Shown: one piece after another, positions 53,582-63,311 of the stretch
How positions within the stretch are numbered: position 1 is the stretch's first letter
How the letters are laid out: every line of letters begins with the position of its first letter
Virus record (IMG/VR): IMGVR_UViG_3300023218_000040
Coordinates: 64,001-128,000 of that record
Length of the DNA stretch: 64,000 nt
Reading direction: 5' to 3' (one strand)
Source of the DNA: a virus
Lineage: Duplodnaviria; Caudoviricetes
Notes under the pieces: model-generated
Seen by the model: only the letters and a program-made list of their open reading frames with translations
What the model was told of the DNA's origin: nothing
The model's database searches: none
Position numbers and translations under genes: made by a program

Positions 53582-53953
53582 ATGCTTTATACCTCCGGAA
53601 TAGCCATGGACGAACTCAGAGAATTGCTTCGGGCTACTGATAAGCGAATGGCTTATCACAATCAGTTGGAATTTCTCAAGGAAGAATTCCGTCAGCGCTC
53701 TATCTTTAGTTTCAATGGACACCAGTTCGTTGCTGATCTCCCTCTTGTCTGGCTAGCTGAACGTTCGATTGAGTCCGGACAACTCATAGCTCTTGATCAA
53801 AACCAAGACCCCGTGATGATTCTGGACGATGACATTGACAACTTTCTTGACGAAGTTCAAGGCACCTACTATGAGGCCATGAACTCTTACTATGAAAAGT
53901 ATACCAAGCTCAGGAATGCTAAGAGCCTGGAGGAAATAGTAGGTGTGTTTTGA
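53582..53953 (+). CDS. Hypothetical protein
   Basis: 123 aa; first gene of a tightly coupled operon. Confidence 0.75.
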   Translation: MLYTSGIAMDELRELLRATDKRMAYHNQLEFLKEEFRQRSIFSFNGHQFVADLPLVWLAERSIESGQLIALDQNQDPVMILDDDIDNFLDEVQGTYYEAMNSYYEKYTKLRNAKSLEEIVGVF

Positions 53954-54792
53954 TGAACAGGGGAATCCTTCTGTGTGCTCATGATAGCGATGTGTTCTGG
54001 TATGGGCGTATGGCGTATTCCTGTTCGCTCATGATACGAGAGCACATGGGAGATTACAACATCGCTTTGGTTACAGACCCGGAAACCTGGGAACGTCTAC
54101 TCGAAGCGTATCCCCGCTCGAAACAATTGATGCGACCGGTTCTGATCGAACGCCCCAACGATGGTAATCGCAGACCATTCACAATGGCTGGTGTCTATCA
54201 TAACTCTACTCGCTCTGCTTCGTACTCTTTGTCTCCATTCGATGAGACCTTAGTCATTGATGCTGATATGCTGATATTGGATGACAGATTGAACTTGGTT
54301 TGGGGATCTAATAACGATTTCATGATGAACACTCAGATCGGTAGAATGGTTTTTCCGCATTCTACTGAAATGATAGAAAGGCGATTCAAAGAGACTGGAG
54401 TACCTTTGTATTGGGCTACCGTGTTTTACTTTCGAAAGACTCCCGCTGTTCAGGATTTCTTTCAAGTAGTCAACTACGTGAAAATCAATTACAACTACTT
54501 TGGATTGCTCCACGGGTATAATACTGCAATGTATAGAAATGACTATGCCTTCTCAGTGGCAGCGCACTTCATGGGCGGGCGCACGGAGGGAGGATTTGTT
54601 AAGCCCTTACCTATCCCGTATTTGACATTCGCATGGGACAGGGACAAGATGATTCACATCGAGCGTGGTAGGGCCGTGTTTAAGGTGGATGGGTCTACTG
54701 TTCCGGTAACATCTATTGAGAGCAACGTGCACTTCATGAACAAGTACAGCTATGAAGAGTTTGCTGAAAGGATCATCGAAGCGTATGCGTAA
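53950..54792 (+). CDS. GT8-like glycosyltransferase
   Basis: SPFDETLVIDADML (DxD), YWATVFYF, YRNDYAFSVA. Confidence 0.75.
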   Translation: MMNRGILLCAHDSDVFWYGRMAYSCSLMIREHMGDYNIALVTDPETWERLLEAYPRSKQLMRPVLIERPNDGNRRPFTMAGVYHNSTRSASYSLSPFDETLVIDADMLILDDRLNLVWGSNNDFMMNTQIGRMVFPHSTEMIERRFKETGVPLYWATVFYFRKTPAVQDFFQVVNYVKINYNYFGLLHGYNTAMYRNDYAFSVAAHFMGGRTEGGFVKPLPIPYLTFAWDRDKMIHIERGRAVFKVDGSTVPVTSIESNVHFMNKYSYEEFAERIIEAYA

Positions 54793-55708
54793 ATTCAAGA
54801 GACAGCGTGGATACATCACTATCGTTCAACAAAGTGAAGGCATCGACTATCTCAGGATGGCTTATGCCTTGGCTCTTAGTTTGCGTGCCACACAATCTTC
54901 GGTGTCTCACCTTGCCGTGGCGGTACTGCCCGGAACAAAGGTACCAAAGAAGTACGCAAATGTATTCGATGAGGTTGTAGAGATTCCCTGGGGAGATGAT
55001 GCCGCTCGTGAGAAGTGGAAGATACAAAACAAGTGGAAAGTCTATCACATCACTCCATATGAAGAGACTGTCTTGTTAGATTGCGACATGTTGTTTCCTA
55101 TGGATGTGAGTCACTGGTGGAACGTGATGGCGCATAGAAAGATGTGGACTACTACAACCCCAAGAGATTTCCGTGGTAACCCGATCTTGAACTCCAAGTA
55201 TCGGGCGGTGTTTGAGAAGAATCAACTACCAAACGTGTATTCTGCATTCATGTACTTTAAGCAAGATGAGGAAGTTCACGAGGTATTCGATTACGCAAGG
55301 CGTCAGGTATACTTTTGGTCAGAGATGAGGGATTACTATCAGTATAGGCAGCTATCGGATGAAGACATTATTGCCTATTCTAAAAACCCTCGGTTTCGAT
55401 ATCATTGGAATCATCACTACAAGACTATTCCCCATAAGGTCAGTGGTGATCTCATGTTTGCGTATGCAATGAAAGCATTGGGAAGAGAAGAATGGGCACC
55501 ATCGGTTAGTCTGCCTACCTTCACACATATGAAGGCTGGGGACCAAAAGGTCAACTCTGACGACGATTGGAAGGCTGTTTTGTCATTGACAATGAAGAGG
55601 GATTTGACTCTTGTGATAGACAATTACGTACAGCGGTATCCGGTTCATTACCACTTGAAGGATTTCTTGAATGACGGAATCATTATCCGAAAGCTCGAAG
55701 AAGCTTGA
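54785..55708 (+). CDS. GT8-like glycosyltransferase (paralog)
   Basis: NKWKVYHITPYEETVLLDCDML, PNVYSAFMYF, TFTHMK; ATG 54785. Confidence 0.75.
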   Translation: MRKFKRQRGYITIVQQSEGIDYLRMAYALALSLRATQSSVSHLAVAVLPGTKVPKKYANVFDEVVEIPWGDDAAREKWKIQNKWKVYHITPYEETVLLDCDMLFPMDVSHWWNVMAHRKMWTTTTPRDFRGNPILNSKYRAVFEKNQLPNVYSAFMYFKQDEEVHEVFDYARRQVYFWSEMRDYYQYRQLSDEDIIAYSKNPRFRYHWNHHYKTIPHKVSGDLMFAYAMKALGREEWAPSVSLPTFTHMKAGDQKVNSDDDWKAVLSLTMKRDLTLVIDNYVQRYPVHYHLKDFLNDGIIIRKLEEA

Positions 55709-56234
55709 GGACTACTACCTCTACTACGAGGTACCAGAGAATTCTCGCACTGGAGCAATCAGGGCTATCAGTCCGCATAAGCTAAATGATTGGGAGAATA
55801 TGTCGTTTTTGAAAATCCCCGCCACGTTGGGTGCAAACCTCGTGAGTGGCAAGGAATCACTATTCAATTGGTCGGTAGTTTTCAATGAGCGAACACTGAA
55901 GATGGTGCTGGTGGAAACCAAACAGGCTCTTCCAAAAGCATGTCCGGTAAACAGCATACCACAAGATCAGGAAGATGCGGAAATCATTGTAAGCTGGGAT
56001 GGGACAAACTTCAAGGTGACTGCTCCCAAAGTTGAGTATGCTCTTGACGGTGTGAATCTAGACTTTTTTGTCACCGATGAAGATGAGCCTTATATTCTAC
56101 ATCAGCACTTTGGATGTCAGTTGATAGATGCGATAGATGGAAATGTGACAGTAGCGGGCATTAATGTTCCAGATGAATTCAGCGTATACACACGATGGTT
56201 GTACGAACGATATCAGTTGGTGATTGAAAGATGA
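55671..56234 (+). CDS. Hypothetical protein
   Basis: 187-aa ORF in the operon. Confidence 0.7.
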   Translation: MTESLSESSKKLEDYYLYYEVPENSRTGAIRAISPHKLNDWENMSFLKIPATLGANLVSGKESLFNWSVVFNERTLKMVLVETKQALPKACPVNSIPQDQEDAEIIVSWDGTNFKVTAPKVEYALDGVNLDFFVTDEDEPYILHQHFGCQLIDAIDGNVTVAGINVPDEFSVYTRWLYERYQLVIER

Positions 56235-57118
56235 AGATTAAGATTGAAGACACCGATGTAGTGTTCTTGTCCTACGACGAGCCGAAAGCAGATGAGTTCT
56301 TTGCTGATTTGAGAAGAAAGTGCCCATGGGCCAAGCGTGTTCACGGAGTCAAAGGATTCGACAAGGCGCACAAGGAATGCGCTCTGGCATCTGAGACAGA
56401 CCGGTTCATCACCGTAGATGGAGACAACATTGTGAATGAGGACTTCTTTTCCAAGGAGTTCGAGGTTCCGGACTCCCAGCAAGATTGTGTGTTTTCCTGG
56501 GCTGGCTTGAACATGATCAACGGGTTGATGTATGGAAACGGCGGTCTGAAATGTTGGCCCACAGCATTCGTCAAGAATATGAGAAGCCATGAGAATGCTG
56601 ACGATGGCGAGGGTTCGGTTGACTTTTGCTGGGATGAGCGGTACGTTCAGATGGAAGAGTCGTATTCTCAGACCTATCCGAATGGTAGTCCATTCCAGGC
56701 GTTTCGTGCTGGGTTCAGGGAAGGCGTCAAGATGACTTTGGACCGTGGAAGCCGAGTGAACCTGGATGAGATAGAGCTAGGCAGGCTTTGGCATGGTAAT
56801 ATCAAGAGGCTGGAAATCTGGTGCTCGGTTGGAGCCGATGTTGAGAATGGATTGTGGAGCATCTATGGAACCAGGGCTGGAGTATACTGGACCAATTTAC
56901 GTGATTGGGACCATAATCTGATTGCAGACTACGATTGGTTTCAGATGTTCTGGGAAATAGAGATTGAACCAAAGGGCGAAAGCCTCCAGGAAGAAACAAA
57001 GAAACTTGGTGATCGCCTTCGAGTTACTATGGGTTTGCAGATAGCCGAACTGGATGCCGACGCATCCCGGTTCTTCAAACACGTATACGTAGCACCAAGT
57101 AGAACAGGATATTCTTAA
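56231..57118 (+). CDS. GT-A fold glycosyltransferase-like protein
   Basis: VVFLSYDEP, RVHGVKGFDKAH, FITVDGDN, YGNGGLK. Confidence 0.65.
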   Translation: MKIKIEDTDVVFLSYDEPKADEFFADLRRKCPWAKRVHGVKGFDKAHKECALASETDRFITVDGDNIVNEDFFSKEFEVPDSQQDCVFSWAGLNMINGLMYGNGGLKCWPTAFVKNMRSHENADDGEGSVDFCWDERYVQMEESYSQTYPNGSPFQAFRAGFREGVKMTLDRGSRVNLDEIELGRLWHGNIKRLEIWCSVGADVENGLWSIYGTRAGVYWTNLRDWDHNLIADYDWFQMFWEIEIEPKGESLQEETKKLGDRLRVTMGLQIAELDADASRFFKHVYVAPSRTGYS

Positions 57119-58488
57119 TGCCGAGGAAACGTGGAGAAAAGCCGGAACAATACAAGGAGAGGATGATTGATCCAATCTCCTCGTCGTTCTGTGCGGCCAA
57201 ATGGCTGATGGCCACGATCAACCTGGGAGCAGGAAAGAGCCGTTCCTGTCATCACCCATCCGAGCATTCTATCCCCGTTGAAGAGGTTCAGCTCTCTCCA
57301 TCCGCTATTCATAACACGGAATTTAAGAAGCGTCAGCGAAGGCTAATGCTACAAGGTGAACGACCGATTGAGTGCAGTTATTGCTGGCGTATCGAGGATA
57401 TGGAGGAAAAGGGAACTGTAGCTGATAGAGTATTCTACACCTGTTCGTTCCAAGACCGTGATGTGATGAAAGCGACACGTATGTCCTGGAATGAAAACGT
57501 CATACCTAAAAACCTGGAAATCTCATTCGACCGCATTTGCAACTTCGCTTGTTCGTACTGTAGTTCGAACTACTCTACAACCTGGGCAAAGGATATCAAG
57601 ACGGCAGGTCCGTATCGAATTCATCCGGACAATCCAGCATCGAACTACTTCTCTAGAGATGGTTCGGATCATGAACCATACGGAAAGTACAATGATGGCA
57701 ATCCGTTTGTGCAAGCGTTTTGGGATTGGTGGCCAGAGCTTCGTGAGCATCTTGAGATCCTTCGGGTAACCGGTGGAGAGCCATTGATGAGCCCGCATTT
57801 CTGGAAGCTGACAGACCTGATCGAAAGGGAGGGTGTTAATCCGAACATGCAATTTGCTGTGAATTCAAACTTTGGTGGTAAGTTTGATCTCATTCAGCGG
57901 ATCACCGAGTTCAGCACCAAGATTCCCAAGTTCTCGTTGTACACATCGTGCGAAGCACACGGTAAGCAAGCCGAATATCTACGTGATGGACTGGACTATA
58001 ACTATTGGAAGGACAACGTTTGGTACTTTATCCGAAACGGTAAGTCCGAGTTCGTCACGTTGATGATGACGGTGAATGCCCTCTGCTTATGGTCAATCAC
58101 CGACCTGTATGACGATTTGCTTGAGATGAAAGCAGAGTATGACAACAATCATCCGCTGATTTCTTCCAACATGCTGCGATATCCTACGTTCATGTCTCCG
58201 CTGGTGCTTCCTGCTTACCTGAGAGAAGAGCGGGCTGATCACATCGAGTCTTGGTTGGACAGGAATGAGCGTGCTTCTGGAGTAACCGACTTCGACCGAT
58301 ACGGCATTCGTAAGCTGATTGCATATTTGAGAAAGGGGCAAGCCGAAAGCCAAAACCAGGAGTCAGATGAGTATTCTTTCTATCACTTTTATAAACAGTA
58401 TGATCAACGACGAGGCAAGAGCTTTCGTGACACTTTCCCAGATCCATTGATTGCTTGGTATGATGAGCTAGGGGAGAAGTATGAATGA
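57118..58488 (+). CDS. Radical SAM protein with N-terminal Cys-rich (twitch/SPASM-like) region
   Basis: CNFACSYC (CxxxCxxC), VTGGEPL; N-terminal C...CHH...CSYC. Confidence 0.88.
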   Translation: MPRKRGEKPEQYKERMIDPISSSFCAAKWLMATINLGAGKSRSCHHPSEHSIPVEEVQLSPSAIHNTEFKKRQRRLMLQGERPIECSYCWRIEDMEEKGTVADRVFYTCSFQDRDVMKATRMSWNENVIPKNLEISFDRICNFACSYCSSNYSTTWAKDIKTAGPYRIHPDNPASNYFSRDGSDHEPYGKYNDGNPFVQAFWDWWPELREHLEILRVTGGEPLMSPHFWKLTDLIEREGVNPNMQFAVNSNFGGKFDLIQRITEFSTKIPKFSLYTSCEAHGKQAEYLRDGLDYNYWKDNVWYFIRNGKSEFVTLMMTVNALCLWSITDLYDDLLEMKAEYDNNHPLISSNMLRYPTFMSPLVLPAYLREERADHIESWLDRNERASGVTDFDRYGIRKLIAYLRKGQAESQNQESDEYSFYHFYKQYDQRRGKSFRDTFPDPLIAWYDELGEKYE

Positions 58489-59282
58489 AGCACCTGTATG
58501 CTAATGGAGACTCAAGCACACACGGTGATGAGCTAGGAGTCATTGATGAAAATGGCACATACGACAAAGAATACCGTAACACGCACTGCTATGTTGGTCA
58601 GCTAGCAAAGTTGTACAATCTGGATGAATACTTCAACGATAGTGTGGGTGGTGGATCGAACGACCGCATCTACCGACGTACTTTGAAGTTTGTATCCGAA
58701 TGGATTGCTAGTGGGAGAAGCCCAGAAGATTTGTTTGTTGTCATTGGTTGGTCCAACGCCAGTAGAACCGAGTTCTACTATGAACCTCGGCTTGAAGAAG
58801 GTGACGAGTTCAACAAGACTGAAATGAGCAAGTATCCAGAAGAGGAGAGAAGGTACTATCCTATCTATGTTGGTATTCACAAGAGCAAGCTGTGGAACTT
58901 ACACGAAGATGATGTCTTGAAGGACTTTGCTGTCGCTTATAATCGTTGGTTTTCTTCCTTGCCAGCATCAATGACCAGAACCCTCAGCCACATCGTCGGT
59001 CTACAGGGAATATTGAAGTCATTTAGAATACCGTACGTGTTTACTAACGCTGGATGGATTCTGGAGATAGAGAAAACACAGAGCCAAGCATTGGCGTCCA
59101 TGGTAGACGAGAAGCGGTTCATTGGTATGTATGACCGTATGGAGACCTTCAGCGGATGGACATGGAAGAGCGGATTTCAAGGAAGGATGCCGATGGGGCA
59201 TCCCGATGAGAAAGCTCATGCAGCTTGGGCGAGGCGTTTGAAGTCTTACATAGAAGAACACAATCTAAGAGAAGCACCATGA
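58485..59282 (+). CDS. SGNH/GDSL-fold protein 1
   Basis: NGDSSTHG, GGSNDRI, IGWS, GHPDEKAH. Confidence 0.75.
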   Translation: MKHLYANGDSSTHGDELGVIDENGTYDKEYRNTHCYVGQLAKLYNLDEYFNDSVGGGSNDRIYRRTLKFVSEWIASGRSPEDLFVVIGWSNASRTEFYYEPRLEEGDEFNKTEMSKYPEEERRYYPIYVGIHKSKLWNLHEDDVLKDFAVAYNRWFSSLPASMTRTLSHIVGLQGILKSFRIPYVFTNAGWILEIEKTQSQALASMVDEKRFIGMYDRMETFSGWTWKSGFQGRMPMGHPDEKAHAAWARRLKSYIEEHNLREAP

Positions 59283-59386
59283 AGAAGTTTTTCAAGAAGC
59301 TATTCCGACCCATCACACATTGGTGGAAAATGCGTAAGATGAGGAAAGCCATAGAGCGGGGTGAAGACCCATTCATTTATGACTGA
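59279..59386 (+). CDS. Unannotated 35-aa basic amphipathic peptide ending DPFIYD
   Basis: MKKFFKKLFRPITHWWKMRKMRKAIERGEDPFIYD; ATGA overlap with the SGNH1 stop and 8-nt overlap with the SGNH2 start. Confidence 0.75.
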   Translation: MKKFFKKLFRPITHWWKMRKMRKAIERGEDPFIYD

Positions 59387-60080
59387 TATCATCTACACCA
59401 ACGGCGACTCCTTCACGCATGGCGTCGGCCTTAAGGACCACTCACGTTCGTACACACAACTCATGGCGACGGAACGTAATTGTGCTCTTTTCAACGATGC
59501 TTATCCCGGATCATCACACGACCGTATCCTAAGAACGACGATGAAGTTCGTAGGCAATACTCTCAATCGTAATATTTTTGTAATCATCGGTTGGGGATTT
59601 GCTCGACGTATGGAATTCTATTATGACCCGAATGTGGATGCAGAGGAAGATGAACTAAAGTACATCCGGTATTCTTCTGATCCGATAGATGAGCGAACAA
59701 AACACCGTTACCCTGATGAAACTTGCAGGGATTTTATCCTCCAGTATCATGAAGGTTTCACCAATCGGAATGCGGCTGGTACCAGGGCACTGACACGCAT
59801 CATCGCTCTACAGTCGTTTCTTGAAACGATGGAGATCCCATACCTATTCTTCAATTCTGCATGGATCATCCCTGGTGCTGATAGTGCATTAACTAATATG
59901 GTTAACATCAGGCGTTATTATGGTTTCCAGAATCCGGAACAGACGTTTCATAAGTGGACCTGGAATGCTGGGGCCAAGGACAGAACGGAGTTAGGGCATC
60001 CGGACGAGCAGGCGCACCAGATTTGGTTTAAGAATTTGAAGCACTACATTACACAGAAAGATCTGTGGGAAATGCACTGA
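59379..60080 (+). CDS. SGNH/GDSL-fold protein 2
   Basis: NGDSFTHG, GSSHDRI, IGWG, GHPDEQAH; ATG 59379. Confidence 0.75.
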   Translation: MTDIIYTNGDSFTHGVGLKDHSRSYTQLMATERNCALFNDAYPGSSHDRILRTTMKFVGNTLNRNIFVIIGWGFARRMEFYYDPNVDAEEDELKYIRYSSDPIDERTKHRYPDETCRDFILQYHEGFTNRNAAGTRALTRIIALQSFLETMEIPYLFFNSAWIIPGADSALTNMVNIRRYYGFQNPEQTFHKWTWNAGAKDRTELGHPDEQAHQIWFKNLKHYITQKDLWEMH

Positions 60081-61531
60081 TGGCAATCTTCGGTGTTAGC
60101 TGTGGCTTTCATGATGCTGCTGTTTCGGTAGTAAGTGGCAAGAAGATTTTGTTTGCTGGGCATTCAGAGAGATACAGCAAAAACAAGAACGACAAACATT
60201 TATGCGATGGTTTGATTCGTGAAGCACTAGAATGGGGCGATGTCGATACTTTAGTGTACTACGAGAAGCCATTCTGGAAGAAATTAAGAAAATGGTACGC
60301 TGGCCAGAAAAACGACTTCGATTACAAGTCGCATTTGAGACAATTCTTCGGAAATGTCCCAATTGAGACAGTTAGCCATCATGAGTCGCATGCTGCTGCT
60401 GGGTTCTATACCAGCGGGTTTAACGAGGCAGCCATCATCGTGGCTGACGCAATTGGTGAATGGGATACCCTGAGCGTCTGGGTTGGCTCAGGAGCGTCCC
60501 TGGAAAAGATATGGTCCACCCGCTACCCTGACAGTCTCGGACTGCTTTACAGCGCTTTCACGCAGCGCTGTGGATTCAAACCAAATGAGGAGGAGTACAT
60601 CCTTATGGGTGCCTCGGCGTTTGGCAGGCCGAGCTTAACTGAAGAGATACGTGATGAATTCATAGAGATCGGGGATGCTCATGAATTTTTGCTAAAGAAA
60701 AATGTCCACATGGGAATCGACGATTGGATGCCTAGAGCTTCAATCGAAGATCTAGCAGCAAGTATACAGAGAGTTCTTGAGGAATATTTGGTTGATTTGT
60801 TCGAATGGGTTGCAAGAGAGACTGGAAAAAGATATATTGTGTTCATGGGTGGAGTAGCCCTTAACTGTGTAGCCAATGCCAAACTTGCCGCAAGACGCAT
60901 TTTCGAAGATATCTGGATCATGCCCAATCCGGGTGATGCGGGTTCTGCCTTGGGTGCAGCACTCGCTTATAAGCGGGAACAAGTCCAGTGGACTGGTCCG
61001 TATTTGGGAACAGACATCGAGCGGGAAGTGGATATTGACGAAGCGATTCGTTCTCTCGAACGAGAGTATGTCATCGCCGTGGCTAATGGGCGTGCTGAGT
61101 ACGGGCCTCGTGCTCTCGGTAACCGTTCCATTCTCGCAGATCCAAGGTATCGCAACACTAAGAGCCGAGTGAACGATATCAAGAAGAGGCAACAGTTTAG
61201 GCCATTTGCTGCTAGTGTATTGGAGGAGAAGGCTGCTGATCACTTCGTGATGCCTCAGCATGTTGAAAAGTCTCCGTACATGCAATACACTTGGAGAGTG
61301 AAATACCCGAGATATGTACCAGCTATATGTCACGTGAATAGTACATCCAGGATTCAAACAGTCAACAAACAACAGAATTCGGTTTTTTACGCTTTGCTAA
61401 AACGATGGTACGAAAAAACTGAATGCCCGATGCTATTAAACACCAGCCTGAATATCAGAGGAATGCCGCTGGTAAACACTTGGGAAGATGCGAATAATTT
61501 CAGATGGGTTCACGATATTCCCATCTACTAA
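60080..61531 (+). CDS. Carbamoyltransferase (NodU/CmcH/TobZ family)
   Basis: GFHDAA, HHESHAAA, DAIGEW, SLGLLYSAFT, PNEEEYILMG, GGVALNC, PGDAGSALG, EYGPRALGNRSIL, RPFAAS, LLNTSLN. Confidence 0.93.
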   Translation: MAIFGVSCGFHDAAVSVVSGKKILFAGHSERYSKNKNDKHLCDGLIREALEWGDVDTLVYYEKPFWKKLRKWYAGQKNDFDYKSHLRQFFGNVPIETVSHHESHAAAGFYTSGFNEAAIIVADAIGEWDTLSVWVGSGASLEKIWSTRYPDSLGLLYSAFTQRCGFKPNEEEYILMGASAFGRPSLTEEIRDEFIEIGDAHEFLLKKNVHMGIDDWMPRASIEDLAASIQRVLEEYLVDLFEWVARETGKRYIVFMGGVALNCVANAKLAARRIFEDIWIMPNPGDAGSALGAALAYKREQVQWTGPYLGTDIEREVDIDEAIRSLEREYVIAVANGRAEYGPRALGNRSILADPRYRNTKSRVNDIKKRQQFRPFAASVLEEKAADHFVMPQHVEKSPYMQYTWRVKYPRYVPAICHVNSTSRIQTVNKQQNSVFYALLKRWYEKTECPMLLNTSLNIRGMPLVNTWEDANNFRWVHDIPIY

Positions 61532-61543
61532 CAGGAGAGGCAC

Positions 61544-62635
61544 ATGCCACACGGTAGATCATACGCAAGCTCACTTTCTAACGAAGTACGTCCAATAGAT
61601 GATTCGGAGGTAGAGTCTATGACCATAGGTCGTGATGCTCATGATGAGGATACAGTGACCGAGAGTATTCAGAAAGCACAGCGCCACTGGTCTTCTACAC
61701 CAGATGGAGCAGTGTTCTGGGGAACGTCCAACATTGTGGATGATCTTCCTCCTGGCCTTTACAAGTGCGCCCATCGTGATGACATCGGTGCGTGCCTTTC
61801 CAAGCTGATCATCGAGACTGACGATCTCATTGTTCTGCCAGACATGGTGTGCAATGAAGTCATTGACCAAATCAAAACGTTTTGGTCCAAATCCGTCCGG
61901 GATGCCATGGTATTACGTGGATTTCTCCACAAGCGTGGAATTCTGATGTATGGAGAGCCGGGTTCCGGTAAGACGTGCACCATCCAGGTTCTCGTTCAGA
62001 TGCTCATCAAGAACGGAGGCATCGCCATCTACGCAGAAGATCCATCCCTGTTGTCTGCATGCCTTCAGATGATTCGCCGTATCGAACCAAAGCGTCCGAT
62101 GATCGTGGTACTGGAGGACTTCGACACCTTGACCGACCGTGATCGTCGTGAAAACACGTGGCTGTCAGTGCTGGATGGCGAGGCCCAGATCGAGAACGTC
62201 GTATTCTTGGCTACCACTAACTATATCGATCAGCTTGATAAGCGATTCGTTGACCGTCCGTCCCGCTTCGACCTGATTGTTCCGGTGCCAATGCCAACTG
62301 CCAAGGCTCGTGCAGCGTACCTGTACAAGAAGGAGCCAAGCCTGTCCAGGGATGAGTTGTACGAATGGACAATGGCCTCGGAGGGTTTCTCCATCGCTCA
62401 CCTGAAAGAACTTATATTGTCAGTTAAGTGCTACGGCAAGAGCCTGGAGGATACGGTAGATCGCCTTCGCAGCCAGAAGAAGCGTGAATACAGACAAGAT
62501 GATTTGGAACGCCAAGCCAAGGGCTCGAAGGGCATCGGCTTCACTGGAGAAGGAATTGATATCGAGTCGTTCGATAACCGTGAATACTTTGATCAGTTTG
62601 TGACCGACCTGAAGGATCACGTGTGGAATGTATGA
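61544..62635 (+). CDS. AAA+ ATPase
   Basis: GEPGSGKT, VVLEDFD, ATTNY...LDKRF.DRPSRFD. Confidence 0.88.
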   Translation: MPHGRSYASSLSNEVRPIDDSEVESMTIGRDAHDEDTVTESIQKAQRHWSSTPDGAVFWGTSNIVDDLPPGLYKCAHRDDIGACLSKLIIETDDLIVLPDMVCNEVIDQIKTFWSKSVRDAMVLRGFLHKRGILMYGEPGSGKTCTIQVLVQMLIKNGGIAIYAEDPSLLSACLQMIRRIEPKRPMIVVLEDFDTLTDRDRRENTWLSVLDGEAQIENVVFLATTNYIDQLDKRFVDRPSRFDLIVPVPMPTAKARAAYLYKKEPSLSRDELYEWTMASEGFSIAHLKELILSVKCYGKSLEDTVDRLRSQKKREYRQDDLERQAKGSKGIGFTGEGIDIESFDNREYFDQFVTDLKDHVWNV

Positions 62636-63311
62636 CATCATCTTTCTTTCTCATCAGGAGCCATTGGCTGAAAACAACTGGCTGCAATTGAAGAAGAGGT
62701 TCCCAAGAGCAATGCGTGTCGATGGGGTAAGCCCCATAGTCGCTGCTCATAAGGCTGCTGCCCGGAAGTGTCGAACTCGGTATTTCTGGGTGGTTGATGC
62801 TGACAACGAAATTTGCTCTGGTTTCGACTTCAGCTTTCAATGGCCGAAGGATGATAATGTTCGTGATCGAGTGGCTGTCTGGAGAGCATACAATCCCATT
62901 ATTGGTTTGTCGTATGGGTATGGAGGAATAAAGCTTCTTCCCCGACTATCTGTCCTTGCTGTACCGGATAATGTGGTGGATTTCACCACGAGTATCAGTG
63001 AGCATTTCCATGTCATGGAGGAAGTAGCTTCTGTTACAAACATTGATACCTCTCCATTCGATGCCTGGAGGGCTGGCTTTCGAGAAGCAGCCAAACTGGC
63101 ATCACATACGATAGCCCGTGGGAACAATAAGGAGAATGAAGAGCGTTTGTCTGCGTGGTGCGCCGCTAAGCTCGGGAGGTATGGAAACTATTGTGCTCTC
63201 GGGGCTCGCTCTGGACGAAATCATGCATTGGATGGAGAGGATCTATCCAAAATAAACGATTGGAATTGGCTGCGGAGTAGATTTGATGAAGAATCAAAAC
63301 CTTCAATTTGA
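62628..63311 (+). CDS. GT-A fold glycosyltransferase-like protein (paralog of 56231-57118)
   Basis: IIFLSHQEP, RVDGV, FWVVDADN, YGYGGIKL, SPFDAWRAGFREAAKL. Confidence 0.65.
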   Translation: MYDIIFLSHQEPLAENNWLQLKKRFPRAMRVDGVSPIVAAHKAAARKCRTRYFWVVDADNEICSGFDFSFQWPKDDNVRDRVAVWRAYNPIIGLSYGYGGIKLLPRLSVLAVPDNVVDFTTSISEHFHVMEEVASVTNIDTSPFDAWRAGFREAAKLASHTIARGNNKENEERLSAWCAAKLGRYGNYCALGARSGRNHALDGEDLSKINDWNWLRSRFDEESKPSI

